From contig CM106586.1 of NCBI GenBank assembly GCA_048013815.1, forward strand, positions 6,076,001 through 6,140,000: a stretch of DNA of 64,000 nucleotides, given 5' to 3'. Origin of the DNA: Setoptus koraiensis (Eukaryota > Animalia > Arthropoda). Below, in pieces: positions 1-13,477 of this stretch (position 1 is its first letter; each line of letters starts with the position of its first letter). Both the position numbers and the translations under genes were made by a program. Below the pieces are notes generated by a model. That model made no database searches and was not told the origin of the DNA. It worked only from the letters and a program-made list of their open reading frames with translations.

Positions 1-294
1 CCGTCGGAGGCTCAAGTTCACGCGTTATATCGCTCGCCAGCCAGCAAGCGTCGTCATGCTCGTCATCGCCGTCTCTAATATCTCCTTCACCGCGGCCCAC
101 TATCTGACACGGGCAGCTCGCGCACACAGATATTAAAGGCCCCGAGAAGTTGGGGCCCCGATATTATCTTATAAGCGCCCGAGCAAAGAGACCGATGCTC
201 CCATTTATGGGGCCCGCCGGCTGCGCTAGCGCTGCCGGTGATTAAACTGGGCCAAGCGAGTTATATCTATTATTGCCGCAGCGACAGTATGTGC

Positions 295-296
<2 letters not shown>

Positions 297-326
<30 letters not shown>
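297..326. repeat. (GT)15 microsatellite, one of many CA/GT tracts (e.g. also 56612-56646)
   Basis: Direct reading. Confidence 0.9.
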
Positions 327-329
<3 letters not shown>

Positions 330-2113
330 GGTGATGCAATGGGAGATAATGTAAACCGAGCTAGCACATCTAATCTCCTGTTTAAATAGAATATGCCGAA
401 CATGACGATAGAGCGAGAGAGCCAGTAGCAGCGCCGGGCCCACACAATGCACAGGCGCTTGCGATTGGCTGGGGCCAAATAGTGGCACCTAGCTCTTTTT
501 GCGCACCTCGCCCCCGTTACCTGGTCGGCGTCGCCTTTTGCGCCTCTTCGTCACCTGGCTGCCTGATGGTGCAAATGGTAGGTGCTAACTGCAGCTAAGG
601 GCCCCAAATTTGGGCCGCCGCCGCCGCTTTAAATGCTTTAAATGCTTTCAAATCAATGTGCGCCAACAAGGGCGCCAGTTTGTTTAGACAGAGTGCGGCG
701 CAAACGGTGCTAGGCGCACTTTGCCCAAAACTAGCACCAACCTATGAACGTAAAAGCGCGTTAAAAGCGCAGATAAGAAAATCTAGAATATTGAAAAAGC
801 CCGCGCACCCACTATTGAATTCATTAAATTTATTCGCAAATTCGCATGCACCAATATTGCGCCGCTCGGCCTGGTCGGCGCAACTTCAGTGGCCAATAGT
901 GGCGAGCAGGGCCCCTGTAATGGCGGCCACTCACCTCACTTTGCAATGGTGCCAATCGTCGGGCGGCCATTAACGGCAATTATCAGCGAGCTTGTTGGGC
1001 CGACCAGTTGTTTGTTTGGGCGCCGGATCTGGGCCCCACACGATGGTGTGTGTGTGCGCCATTTATTGTTGGGTCACACACACACACACAAATTCTCATG
1101 ATGATACGACCACCAGTGAAATTGTCAAATTTGCCCTGTCGGGTTGGCCCAAATCGGCCCGACGTCCGGCCCACTGAGTGGCTGGCTGTAAATAAGGCAG
1201 CCGCGGGCCCCGCAGCACTGGTCCGATCGGGCAAACGTTGGTCGAGCGATCGCTGGTCGGGCAAACGCTGGTCGGGCAAACGCTGGTCGCGCCATACGTG
1301 AGCTCTCTCAGCGAGCCCATTTGATCTCGCGGGGCGCAGGGGGCAGCTCGATAAAGCCGCGAACGTGGACGAGCATTAGCGAGCAACTAATGCCCATCTC
1401 AGTGCACTTACAAGTGGCAAGGGGCCTAGATTATAAAGACAGTCAGAGCGGGTTTGTGCGCAGCAAAGGCATGCGCACTGAGCGGCGCCCCAGTATTTGG
1501 GCGCTACAATCTGGTGGGGCCAGCGAATGGCAGTGCCAAGTTGGCACAGCCAATACAAAGCGCCAAGCGACTGGCTGTGTCCGCCGACACACAACATCAA
1601 ATGGACAAACCGTTTTCGTTCGGCAGCAGCAGCCAGCGAGAGGCAAAATTTAATAATTTAAACAATTGAATTGAAACACTTTTCATTTAGTCACTGGCCG
1701 CTCAATTGCGAGCACATTTTGCTCAGCAAGTGTCATAAGTTGGCATTAGTCGTCTCATAAATAAACAATCAAAAGATTAGTCAGTCTCCAGTTTGCGCGG
1801 CTCATATCATCGCATCGCAAGACATGTGCAACTTGATTATTATTTGTCGCCTAAAATGATAAAATAAAAATATAATGTTCGTCAGCACGTACTGCAAGCT
1901 TACGCACAAACCGGAACAACAGTGGGACCAGCAGCAATAGTTAGACGAATCAAACCAAAGCAACCGTTCAACTGAGCAAAACGGGCAACGACACAGTGAC
2001 AGCGCTTATGTAGTCAGCAGATAAGGTGAGTAGACAAGGTGCAAAGCAAGCGCGCAAAAGGGACCATTTGTCGGTGTTGGTATTTCTCAATTTTCATTTT
2101 TCGGCCCCCAGTT

Positions 2114-2162
2114 TTCAGTGTTCAGTGTTCAGTGTTCAGTGTTCAGTGTTCAGTTTTCAGTG
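2114..2162. repeat. 7-bp tandem repeat (TTCAGTG) x7
   Basis: Direct reading; one unit is variant. Confidence 0.9.
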
Positions 2163-4365
2163 AAATCAGTGTGATTTGTGGGGCGAAATTAGCGAGCTGC
2201 TCGCGCCTGGTGTGTGGCATATAACGAACACAAGTCGCTTGTTGTGAGCGAGAAATGTAAATTAGAGCTGGTTTGCGAGCAGCAGTTGCGAAGGAATTTA
2301 ATTTAAACGATTGACGGGCACTACATGTGTATAGGTGCAAAGCCATAAACAAACAAACAAACAATCATTGCCATTGATCAATGATGATGCCAGACACAAT
2401 GGTCCGACCTAGCAACAACAACGACAACAACAACGACAACAACAGCAACAACAACCACGCAACAGCAACAGCAACACCAACAACCAGGCAACACCAACAA
2501 CAGGGGCACGTATAATTTAATACCTACTGGGGGTATTAATTTAGGCAACAACGAGCGGGCGAAAAGTGGGCCACGGGGGAGCACCGCACAGCCAGCGTTT
2601 AATTTGTTCCTTCGTGGCTGTGGGTGCGGGGGGCCTCAAAGTTTGAGAGGCCGAGTGTTGGAGTTGAGCTCGCCGAGAGTGGGCCCGCTCACTGAGCGGC
2701 AATTGGCGCGCAATTGGCCCAGCGTCATTGTTGCGCCAGCGCTAGGTGTGCAAGTTGTTCAAGTTTAACTAGTGAGAGGCTCACACTGTGAGAGAGAACA
2801 TGTAAAAACAAACGGCGAGCCGTTGCACTTGTGCACGAGCGGACCAGCACGGGCACAGGGCGCACGGGCACAGGGGCGAGCGGGCATGGGAGCGAAAGGG
2901 CGAGCGGGCATGGGAGCGAGGGGCGAGCACAATGAGTAAATGAAAAAACAATCACGTCGAAAGACGTGCTGGCAATGTTGTTGTTTTGGTGCTGCTGGTG
3001 CGTGTAGCCAACTGCAGGCGCATATTGACGTTGCCACACAATGCGCCACTCGTATTGGCGATCGCGTATTGCCTATTGGGTATTGCGTATTGCGTAATAT
3101 GTATTGCGTATTGCGTAATAGTATTAGTGTTGGTAAGCAGCTTATCGGCTGTCGGTTGTTGGATGGTTGTTGTTGGATGGTTGTTGCAGGCTGGTTGTTG
3201 TTGCTGGCGTGCCTGTCTGGCCCGTGCTTGTATGGCGGTTGTGTGGCGGTTGTGGGCCGGTTGTGGGTCGGTTGTGGGCCGGTTGTGAGGCGGTTGTGGG
3301 CCGGTTGTTGGCGTGGTGCCGAGGAGAGGGCGAATTTGCAACTTGTTTGTCGCTGTTGTTGTTGTCGATAGACATCATGTGCATGTCGTGCATAATGCAC
3401 TGCTCATTGTTGCTCGGTTAGTGGACACACTGGGCTCACATCAACTTGTCTGGCACCAATTTGTGACTCACAACCGCTCTCGTCCGGCGTGTTTGCCAAC
3501 GCAAGAATTAGCAAATGTGTGCTGGCGTGTTATGAATAGCCACAAGTCCATATGGTCGTCCATATGGACCTCTTGTGTCTCTCTCGCCAACCACTGCCGT
3601 GTCGGTGTGCGTGTGCGTGCTACATTGGTGTGCGCGCAAACCGCACACCCATATAGCACACACACACACACACACACACATTGATACGGTGCATTGATAT
3701 GGCACAACAACACAACCTTACGTAATGAATAGCTGCTCACGTGCATACGCGTCATAGTGACGGTACTAATAGTGCGGCCGGCGGTGCGCGCCAACGACCC
3801 TATGCGCTCTCCACTAAACACTCTCTAGTCCATTTGTGTGCCATCCTACATACATACTGCACATACTACATACATACGTGGCACATAATACGTACGTGGC
3901 ACACTGCATACATACCGCATATACTGTACATATACTGCAAATGTGCAGTATGTCAGTGTGGCCAACGCATAGACCGGCGCATGATTCTGGGATTATCGGT
4001 GCTGGCACATCGCAATTAATGTTTTGCGTGCCACCTCCACTGTGCGTGTGCGTGTTCGTGTGCCATTCTGCGCGCGCGCGTGTGTGTGCGTGTGCGTGTG
4101 TGTCGTATTCCAACAGTGTGTGCGTGCGTGTGCGTGTGTGGTAGCAAATTAAATGGAGTGCAACAAAAAGAACAAATAATACGCCTAAACGGTTTGATCT
4201 AGTTTGATTTCATCATCCAATCCAATCCAATCTAATCCGATCTGATCGCATCGGATCCTCACCGATCCAATCCGATATCGCTCACTGTGAATAGCGTCGG
4301 AGGTATTCACGGCACTGCCAGCGCGGCACGACTCTGTCACGGAATATAACGCGATACGAGCCGAT

Positions 4366-4449
4366 GCGAGCCAGCGATATAAGCGAGCCAGCGATACAAG
4401 CGAGCCAGCGATACAAGCGAGCCAGCGATACAAGCGAGAGGCGATATAA
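4366..4449. repeat. 17-bp minisatellite GCGAGCCAGCGATA(C/T)AA x4 plus one degenerate copy
   Basis: Units start at 4366, 4383, 4400, 4417 and 4434. Confidence 0.9.
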
Positions 4450-7400
4450 CGGCGCTGCAAAGCTACCTGGCGAGCCTCTCGAGTCGGCCGAGAGCGTCTC
4501 GAGTGGCGAGTGGCGCGACGCAAGACGCCGGCTTGCGCTGCTGAATAATGGCGGGCCAGAGCGAGGCCAAAGGATAAATAAAACAAGTAACTAGCCAGTT
4601 ATTTATTGTCGACAGACACTCTAATTCACTCGCTGCCCGTGTGTGTGTGTGCGTGTGTGTGTTGCCACTACAAATAACAACACTGTTTGTGATAGATGGC
4701 CCATTTGTGTGGCCCCATTAAGTGGGTGCCACAAGCACCACATCACTCACAGGCACAACGACGACAACATCAGACAACGATCAATTGTGCCATACACTAT
4801 ATATAACGCTGGCGCACATCACATAACATAGCCAGTTATATAACATCATATGAAGTTTGGGCCAGATATCCATTGGCGGTTGGCGCAAATATTGATTGGC
4901 CCGCTGTTGGCGGCTGCCGGCCGCCGGCCGCAATCGACTCTTGGCCGCATTACGCTGGCCGCATTACGCTGGCCGCTGGCTGGCTGGCGGGCCGGCCGGC
5001 CGGCTGACCCACAACAGCAGCCAATCAATATTTCATCAGCAGCTTTATTTGATGTAGTGGCGCTTGTAGTGGCTGGCGCATTGAAAAACTAATGGCGCCA
5101 CTTATTCGCCTCTTTGGGGCCCGCGCCCCATCGTTGTAATCGTATATGGCGCGTATGTGGCGTATGCGGCGCATATCGCCAATATCGCTATACACTCTGT
5201 ATTACAGACTGTGTAAGCGTCTGTAAGCGTGCGGCGCCCCAGCAAAGATATATTATATTAGATCTCAGGCCGCCGGCAATAACCTAACTCGAGTATCGAT
5301 CATCGCTTGCACGTCAGCGCGCCGCGATAAAATTGTCTGACCACCGCCAGTGGCGGACAGTGGGCACGGCCAAATGACAAGTCGTCGTCGTCGGCGGCGG
5401 CGGCGGTTGCACAACAATGGCCCCAGCGACGACAGCGCCACCGCGACAGCGCCACCAACAACAACATCGGCAACGACAGCAACATCGCCAACGACGACAG
5501 CAACGACAACCGCGCCGACGACAGCAACAACAAAGCAGAGAAGGGGCACCACTGAAGATGATGGCGATCACACAATGGACAAATCCAGTTGAGTGACCGC
5601 CATCTGACGAGCAGCGCCGACACACATAACGAAAGCACGCGCTCTGCGCGTTTTTGTAACGGTACTCGGCAACGCGGTGACATTGGCATTACGTAACTGA
5701 CACGCACTGTGCGCGACCAGTCATATGAGAGTCGCACTAGCAGCAATCACTAGTCGGGCTCGCTCGTCAGCGCACTCCGCTGGCCACAGCTGTTTACATG
5801 CCATGTGCATGCCCAAAAGTGCATCATGTCGTCGTCGTCGGGCCAGATGAGGCCCGCTTGTCGGCCCGTCGTCGGCCAGTTGTCGCAAGTGGCGGCGCGA
5901 CCCGACAACACGGGCACTCTGGCGGCACCGCTCGCTCCCTTCCGGCGCCGCCAGACGTTGAGCTAGGCAGTGGCTGGCAACGGTGCCAAAGTGGCCCGCA
6001 CCGAGCCGACCGGCAGCGGAGCGGGTGAGTCAGTCAACTTCTCGGTGCGCTTCTCTGGCTCGCCGAGTCACCGGGCATTGGGGCCCTTTGTCGGCGACAA
6101 GCGCGCTGACAGCGACAACAAACGAGCCCGGCTCAGTCGAGACGACAGCGCCATTTGCCACCTCGTTGCAAGAGGCGAAAAAGTTATTCTCGGCACAGGT
6201 TATTGCCGGGCTCGTGTCTCGACTCTCAAGTCTCGCTTGTTCCTGTCACCGTTCTCATTATTCCTTCTTATAAATTCCGCGCGGCTGCCGCTGTCGTCGT
6301 CGTCGGCGTCGCCGTTGTTGTTGTTGTCGGTTGTTGTCGGTTGTTGTTGTCGCGCGAGCTCTCTTGCCGGGCAAATCAGTGCACTGGCATTGTCACATCG
6401 CTCTGCTAGCGAGTCGCAAGCAGAGCCACACAAACGCCAATGAGGGATGGGGCCCCCACTGGCGCAGCAACAGCCCGGCACACAAAACCTGACAGACAAG
6501 CGAGAGCAAGGGGAGCGTGAACCCGTCAGCAGCTCGTGGCGCGCAATTGTCGGCGAAGCGGCCCAAATCCGCACAAATGAATGGGCCGGCGCCGTGGCCG
6601 CCTAATGCACTCGCTTCGCGCTAACTCGTGTTAGACGCGGCCGTGTCTCACTCGTGTTAGCCGCTCTAACACGGCTCGTCGCTCGTTGGTTGGCCGCTCG
6701 AGCGGGATGCCAGCCGGAGACGAGTAAGTTGACTCGTAACCCGGACACAATCCCATGTCGACGGAATCCGGCCCAGCCGGGCCTGACTCGAGTTACATCA
6801 CAACAAATAAGAGAGACGCGCGCGGATAAAAAGCGCGCCCCAGCGAGCCACTGAAATGGCTCCAAAGAAACAACTAATGATAGAGCCAATTAGCGTGCAG
6901 CGTTTCGCGGATGCCCACACGGCCGCACCGACTGCTGGCGACGTCGCGCGATGCCACCACGCCACTAGCGGCACAATAGGTAGGCCAGTGGCCTGGCGGT
7001 ACCTAGCGACTTTCGCGGCGCGTGCTCGCTCTTTTCGCGCTGGCCTGGGCGGCCACGAGAAGAGCGGCCCCGTGGCTGCCGGGCGGGGGGGGGCGAGGCT
7101 GCGGGCGCGCCAAGTAATCCCCCCAAACTCTTACGCTGGCGCACTTAGCCGGGCATAATCTGGCCGGGCTTTGGCAAGATTTCGGCCTGCATCTATTTGC
7201 ATGATTCCGCTTTGCTTTGTTGTTGTCGTGCCGCTGCGGATGCTGCGGATACCGCGTGGATACCGCGTGGATACCGCGCGGATACTGCGTGGATATCGCG
7301 GATATTGCAGCCGTTGCCGAGCCGCCGCAGAAAGAGCCAGGGAAAGAGTCAGAGAGAGAAGGGGGGCGCCAGTCGGGGATAATCGGCGCCAGTTATGACT

Positions 7401-10376
7401 GGTTAGACGCTTCAATGGCGACTCGGTGTAATTGCAATCTAGACAATCTAAATTCAATTTGATTCGAGTCGCGACTCGCGAGTTTATATCAAACGCACGC
7501 ACGCTCTGATTACATGATTGAGACTAATCTCGGCGCAGGCCGCTATATTCCTTGCGCGTCCAAACTGGAACAGCGCGCCGCCTGATTAATGGGGCCCGTG
7601 GTCGCGCGGCGGGCGCATGAGCGTGTTGTTGTTGTTGCCGCTGTCGCTGTTGTTTTTGTCGTTGTTGCCGCTGTTGCTGCTGGTGTGTATCAACGTCATC
7701 GTCGGGTAGCCCGATATTTGGGTTAAGTTGACTTGAGTGGCTGCATGTCGGCCAAACGGGCGCCTTGTCTGGGGCGCGCGGTGGCGCGTCTGGCGCAAAG
7801 TTAGCGCTACGCCGCCGTAAACAACGACGCTTTTCGAGGGGCCCAGTGGCTGCCGACAAGCGACAGCAGACAGCGATTACAATGGGCCAATCATTTGCCT
7901 ATTATGCTAATGTATTCCTCGAGACACTGCGCTGGCCCGCTGCAACGTTGGCCATTCCGACAACCGACAACGGGGCCGACAGCAGCGCCGACAGCGCCGA
8001 CAATGGAGCCGACAATAACTTGGTTTATATATAAGCGGGTTTGAGTGTGGGCGCCAAGAGCAAATATCCGTAATATTTGTTGTTTGACGCTGGCTGTCGC
8101 CACTGTGGGCCTCTGCTGGGGCTGACTGGCTACAACGGCGAGCGAGCGAGTCTCACTTTTGAGCTGGCCAGCTTGGCGTCGTTTTGTTTCGTGTGTCGAG
8201 TGGCGAATCGTTCAAGTTTACACTTGAGCACGGCATATCCACCCCACAACCGTGCAAACCGGTACGCACGCGAGCTGGCCGAGCTGGCCGAGTGGGCCCA
8301 GTTGGCCCAGTTGGCCCAGTTGGCCAAACGGAGACCAACAGTCGACAACAATCGAATCATCATTTCGAGCTATCATTCTTTTTGGGGCCCCTCAACCTTT
8401 GTGTGTCGGCGGCTCGTGAATTTGCGCCCGCTGATCGTATCATTTGTTTGGCGGCGGGCCCCTTTCCTTTCTTCTCTCGAGTGGCTGTGATTTTCTTAAA
8501 CTGGCCACCGATCAGCGAGCCCGACGAGTGGCGAGCACGACAACAATAACAAGCGCCCAACGATGCGCTGAATTCAATTGCGATTCAATGTGGCCCCGTG
8601 GCATTCAACTGCACGAGCCAATGGGCCAGCCCGTTGGACGGGCCGGCGAGCTGGGGCCCAGGAAAAGTCCGAGGAGTTGCTGTGGCGTGGCTAATCCGCT
8701 CTGCTCGGCACGCTCCAATGCGCTAGCGATGTTGTCTGGCAGCGTGAAGCAAGTTGCGAGAGAGATTGCGAGCTGGCCCCATTATACATGATAATGATAT
8801 GTTTGCATTGCGCGCCAATTGGCCAGCCAGCCAGGCAGCCAGCACGCACAATGAGGCACTCACACGAGCATTGTCATGCCGCGCAACACCGTTACGTCAT
8901 ACATGCGGCGGCCGCGATGTGGGCCCCGCGCGCGCCTGGCCGACAAGTTGCACGAGCTGCACGCGCGCGCTGCAAACAAGCTGCAACATGGCAACGTGTT
9001 TTTGTGCTGTTGCTTAGCGCATATTATATAATATATTATATAATATACAATATATTGTATAATGGCCAGCTAGCCAGACAACAAATATCGAGCGCCGATA
9101 TCGACCGATATAAGGCGCCCATTCAATGCAACAATCGGTAAATGTAAACGCGGGCTCACGCACACTTAAATCGCGCGACTTGGCGCCCACACAAACCCGC
9201 GTCTAATGGTCTTGACAGAATGCAAACAATGGCCATCATCGATTGACAGCCAGCCCACACGGCGACCTTTTTAAACCTCTTTCGCATTGTTACATTTTTC
9301 CCCATTTCGCCCGCTCTCCCCCATCCCGCTCTCCCTCTGTCCGGTGCCCCCCGTCTGACAATGCGCACAATGTGAGGCCCCCTATCCGGTGCCCATTGCT
9401 TGACAGAGTCCGTCGAGTTCTGGCCAGCAGCTCGTGTTGGGCCAATAATGGGGCCCGATGGCCAGTTGTTCCGCCAGCAGAGGCAGCGGCAGTGGCGCCC
9501 CCATGCTGCAGCCCAGAGTCTAAAACAGAGTCTCGCTCGCGACAGCCAAAGGTGATGCTCGCACGAGCGCTTGCAAGCGAGCCACACAAAACGCGCCGAG
9601 ACACGCCAAGCAACATGGCGCTTTGTGCACCCAAATCGCCCCTAGGTCCCCTGTCGATAGGTCTGGCGGCACAGCGGCTAGACAGCACAGCTGATTCGCG
9701 GGGCCCCAATGCACGCACTGTCTCGAATCACCTGTGTGCCAGTGGGAGGGGCCAGACAGTGTTTTGTGGCAGATTAGTATTTTTGGGTGTCTCGGCGGGG
9801 CGGTGCGGTGCATTAACTGTTATTGGTGCGCCGGAGTTGGCCAGAGAATTAAATTTATATCACTTGTCTGCGAATCGTTGGCTCGCCGATCGTGTGCAAA
9901 TGGTGCGCTCGCAAATTGTGTCGTGCCAGTGGTCGTGCACGCGCAAATGTCAAATTTGCGCGTCTCGCCAATGTGTGCTCGTTGCGTCTCGCCAGTGAAC
10001 GCTCGTTAGGTCGCGCACAATGAACGCGTGCGCTCGTGCACAAATTGCGCGCGAGCGGCTCGCGGGTCACTGCGGCGCACTGCTGGCGCGCGATAACTCG
10101 TGTTAGCCGGTCACGGGCTCCGCTATCCATCATGGCGGCCGGCGAAAGCTGTCACTTGATGAATGGCCCCAGCCGTAATATACATAATGCGCATTAGTAG
10201 ACTGCATGTGACCACTCACCGATTGATATTGATTCTCGCCGAGAGCTAGGCGACTTTTTGGCGCTCGATACGCGCACCGGCTGCTCTCAGAATGGTGCCG
10301 CCAGTGACTGCCGCTAATGGCACCGATCGGAAGGTCGCCCCTGATACCACCTGATAAATTGAATGGACTCTGCCGC

Positions 10377-10377
<1 letters not shown>

Positions 10378-10440
<63 letters not shown>
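10378..10440. repeat. (GTT)21 pure trinucleotide microsatellite
   Basis: Direct reading. It is the source of the spurious poly-Q/N/T/C/V/L ORFs here. Confidence 0.95.
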
Positions 10441-10442
<2 letters not shown>

Positions 10443-13384
10443 CGCTGGTGTTGCTGTTGTTGTCGGTTCGCTCGACGAGCGACAACAGCGCCGGCAACCG
10501 CAAACTGTCGCGTTCCGTTGCTTTTGTCGAGCTGTGTCAGTGTGCACCAGCGACAACGTGACAGTGATCGATGGACACTATGCGGTTTAAATCTATCAAT
10601 CAACAAGATGCGTCCCGCTGTTCGCCGGCATCGGTGCGCGCTTGTCGGCACCAGATTCCCACAAGGGGGCGTTGCCACTGTGGCAAGCTGCGGCCAACCG
10701 GCCAACCGGCGGGCCGCTAACCGCTCGGACTGGGCCGGAACGGCGCGGTTAGCGCCGAAGAAATAATGAAGCGGTTAGCGGTGCGCCGCAGCAGCAGCAG
10801 CAGTGGGCCCGCATGCCCGGTATCACCGGAAGCTGGCGAGTTGCGCGCCAATATCAACTTGTGCGCGAGCTTGTATCGTGGCCGACTCGGCTTGGCGAGA
10901 CTCGGTTTGGCGAGACTCGGTTAGTTTCCGACAGGGGAAACGCGCACGCAAACCGACAGCGGCGAGCCGGTCGATGGCAATAGATAAGGGCCGATATGTT
11001 GTCATTATAGATGATTGTTCGGCTGCTCGCATGGCGCCCTCAAGAGCTCGTGCGCCTTTGGGGCCGGCGATTGGCGTGCAAATAGCGGGCAAACGGGCAA
11101 ACAGCAACGACAGCGCAGAGATAAATGGAGATATGGATAAAAAATGGCTTGCGCACGAGGAGCAATTGGCTCCATTTCGCCCTCTATTCGGCGTTCGCCC
11201 GCTCGCCCGCTCGCAGTTCGCCGTTCGCCCGCCCGCGCGCCCAGATGCGCTCGTTCGGGCGCATTTTAAATTTTCCATTGCAACCAGATCTTGGCACCAT
11301 TTGTCGCCCGGCTCGCTCGCGTTGCTCGCTCGGTTTCGGCAGCTATTTCTGGCAGCTATTATCCGTGTTTGTAGGCGCGCAACTAGCGCACGGGCGCAGC
11401 CAGCGATACATGTAACGTCTTGACGAGCCTCACACTTCTGGCGCCGTTGCGTTCAATTGGGCCGACTGCTCAAACCGTTACAACTTGACGCAGCTCGCTT
11501 GCCTGGCTTGTTACGTCATCACGGCGCGCCGTTATTGCGAAGGGAGCGCGCGGGCGGGCGGGCCTGCGATTATTATTATTACTATTATTGTTATTATTAT
11601 AATATTATTATTCGTTCGACGTTGCTCGATTCGTAATTGTTTGCATGCCTGCAACGTTGTCGGTTGTCGGTTGTCGGGCCGGCGGGCGTCGTCTGCCAAC
11701 CGTTGGGCTGGCGGATAGCTGCGAGCATAGCGGGCCAATTCGTCGTTTTGCCATTTGCCCGTATCGCCCATTCGCCGTCTCACCGGTTCGCCGTCTCACC
11801 GTTTTGCCGTCTCACCGTTTTGCCGCTTCGCCGTTTCGGCGTCCCGACGTTCGGCGCCGAATGCAAACAAACAAACAGCCGCTGCCGAGAATGTGGCGGG
11901 CTCTCGTGTGGCTCACGACTCTATAATGGCACCCGGGGGTCCAGCCGGCGAACGTGCGGGCGGCCAGCCGGCGAGCGTGAGCCAGCCAGCGAGCGGATAT
12001 GAGAAAGGCGAGCAGCGAGCGAGGGCCTCGGGCAAGACGCGCGCCGCTGGCCAGCCCAAAACAGGTGATAATGGTTGATGAAATGGGGCCCGGTAATGGA
12101 TATTTGCGCCAGCTCATATTGTTTCGTGCGGCCATAAATAGTTTCCAGTTTCACTTTAACTTTGGAGATTTCTCGCCATTTTTGAGTTGGTCGAGCTGTC
12201 GACACTGTGCCAGTTTTGTTAGGCGGGCAACGGTCGAGTGTGCGGTTTGCGCGTGTCGCGTCGAGTGCAACCTAACGGCAATCGATCCGACAATCAGTGT
12301 CCCGCCGGGGCCCGCGCGGTAAATGCGCGCCCAATACGCGCCGAACGCCCGGCAAATAGGCGCCGAATACCCGGCCAATGCGCGGCCAATTCGGAGCAAA
12401 CGCACCGTAAATAGTCGGCCAGATGCACCTGTTCGGGCCGGTGATTGAAATTGCGCCAGCGACAGTGTGCAAGACGCGCCGCACTCAATTAACGGCACTG
12501 CCGATGTTGTCAATTTGGGCGCGGGTGGCGCAAATCGAAACTGGACGATGCCGGCCAACACGGCTGACCGCTCGAGCGGGCCCGCGAAGGCGCCCGGCCG
12601 GCCAAATTGCGCCCGTAGAGCCGCACCGAACTGGCGCCAGCGCACGCAGTTGAGCGGCTAGTCACGACTGTCTCCAGTGACCGGGGTCCGGTGGCGGCGA
12701 GCCGCCAGTTGCTGTCAGTTTGCTCGGGCTTGTCGGGCGCCCGCGTACAAAGTGCGCGCAAACAAAGTCAAAGTCGCTGCTGGCCAGACACAGATACTGC
12801 ACCGATATTGCAAAAGTGGCCACGCTCCCCCGAAACATGCCAACGCGCGGCTGGCAGCCGAGGCCCACCTCCCACGCACACACGCGCGCGGGCGGGCGGG
12901 CACGCACGGGCGGCGGTGCCACTTCCGGCGTTTGTTGGCCTTTGTTTGTTTATTTTATTTGGTAACACACACACACACACACTAATACAAATACACATTC
13001 CAATATATAGAGCGATATTTGTGTGTGGCTACGATTGTGTGCGCGATAATAATTGTTTGTTTTAGACGGCCTGTCGGGCGGTCGGCCAGTCGGGCGGTCG
13101 GGCCGTCGAGCGGCCAGGCAACGTCGTTTGGCTTGATCGGCGTTGCTCGGCGTGCCCACTAGCGATGGTTGTCGCCATTTGTTGGCCATTGTCGCCCATA
13201 GATGCGCGTTTTGCGCCCGCTGGTGTGGCCACTTTTGGCCATTTTGGCCGTGTCGCCGCAGTGCATTTTGGCGCATTGAAGCCAGCATTTTGGGCGCTGT
13301 CAGGCGCTTTTGTGCGCCTTTGTGCGGGCCTTTTGTCATGTTGGCCCGTCATCGCTTTAATTTTCAACTATTTCACTCACTGCT

Positions 13385-13477
13385 CATTTCGGCCCATTTC
13401 GGCCCATTTCGGCCCATTTCGGCCCATTTCGGCCCATTTCGGCTCACTTGGGCTCACTTGGGCTCACTTGGGCTCAC
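13385..13477. repeat. 10-bp-period array: CATTTCGGCC x~6 grading into CACTTGGGCT x3
   Basis: Direct reading. Confidence 0.9.

Noticed and set aside
3717-3733. 17-mer CTTACGTAATGAATAGC repeated at 44496-44512
   Set aside because: A chance 17-mer pair has an expectation of roughly 0.1 in this window, and higher given the enriched TTACGTAA core; no extended homology.
7465-7478. 14-bp palindrome CGAGTCGCGACTCG, and a single CRE TGACGTCA at 53401
   Set aside because: Roughly 4 and 1 are expected by chance in 64 kb, respectively.
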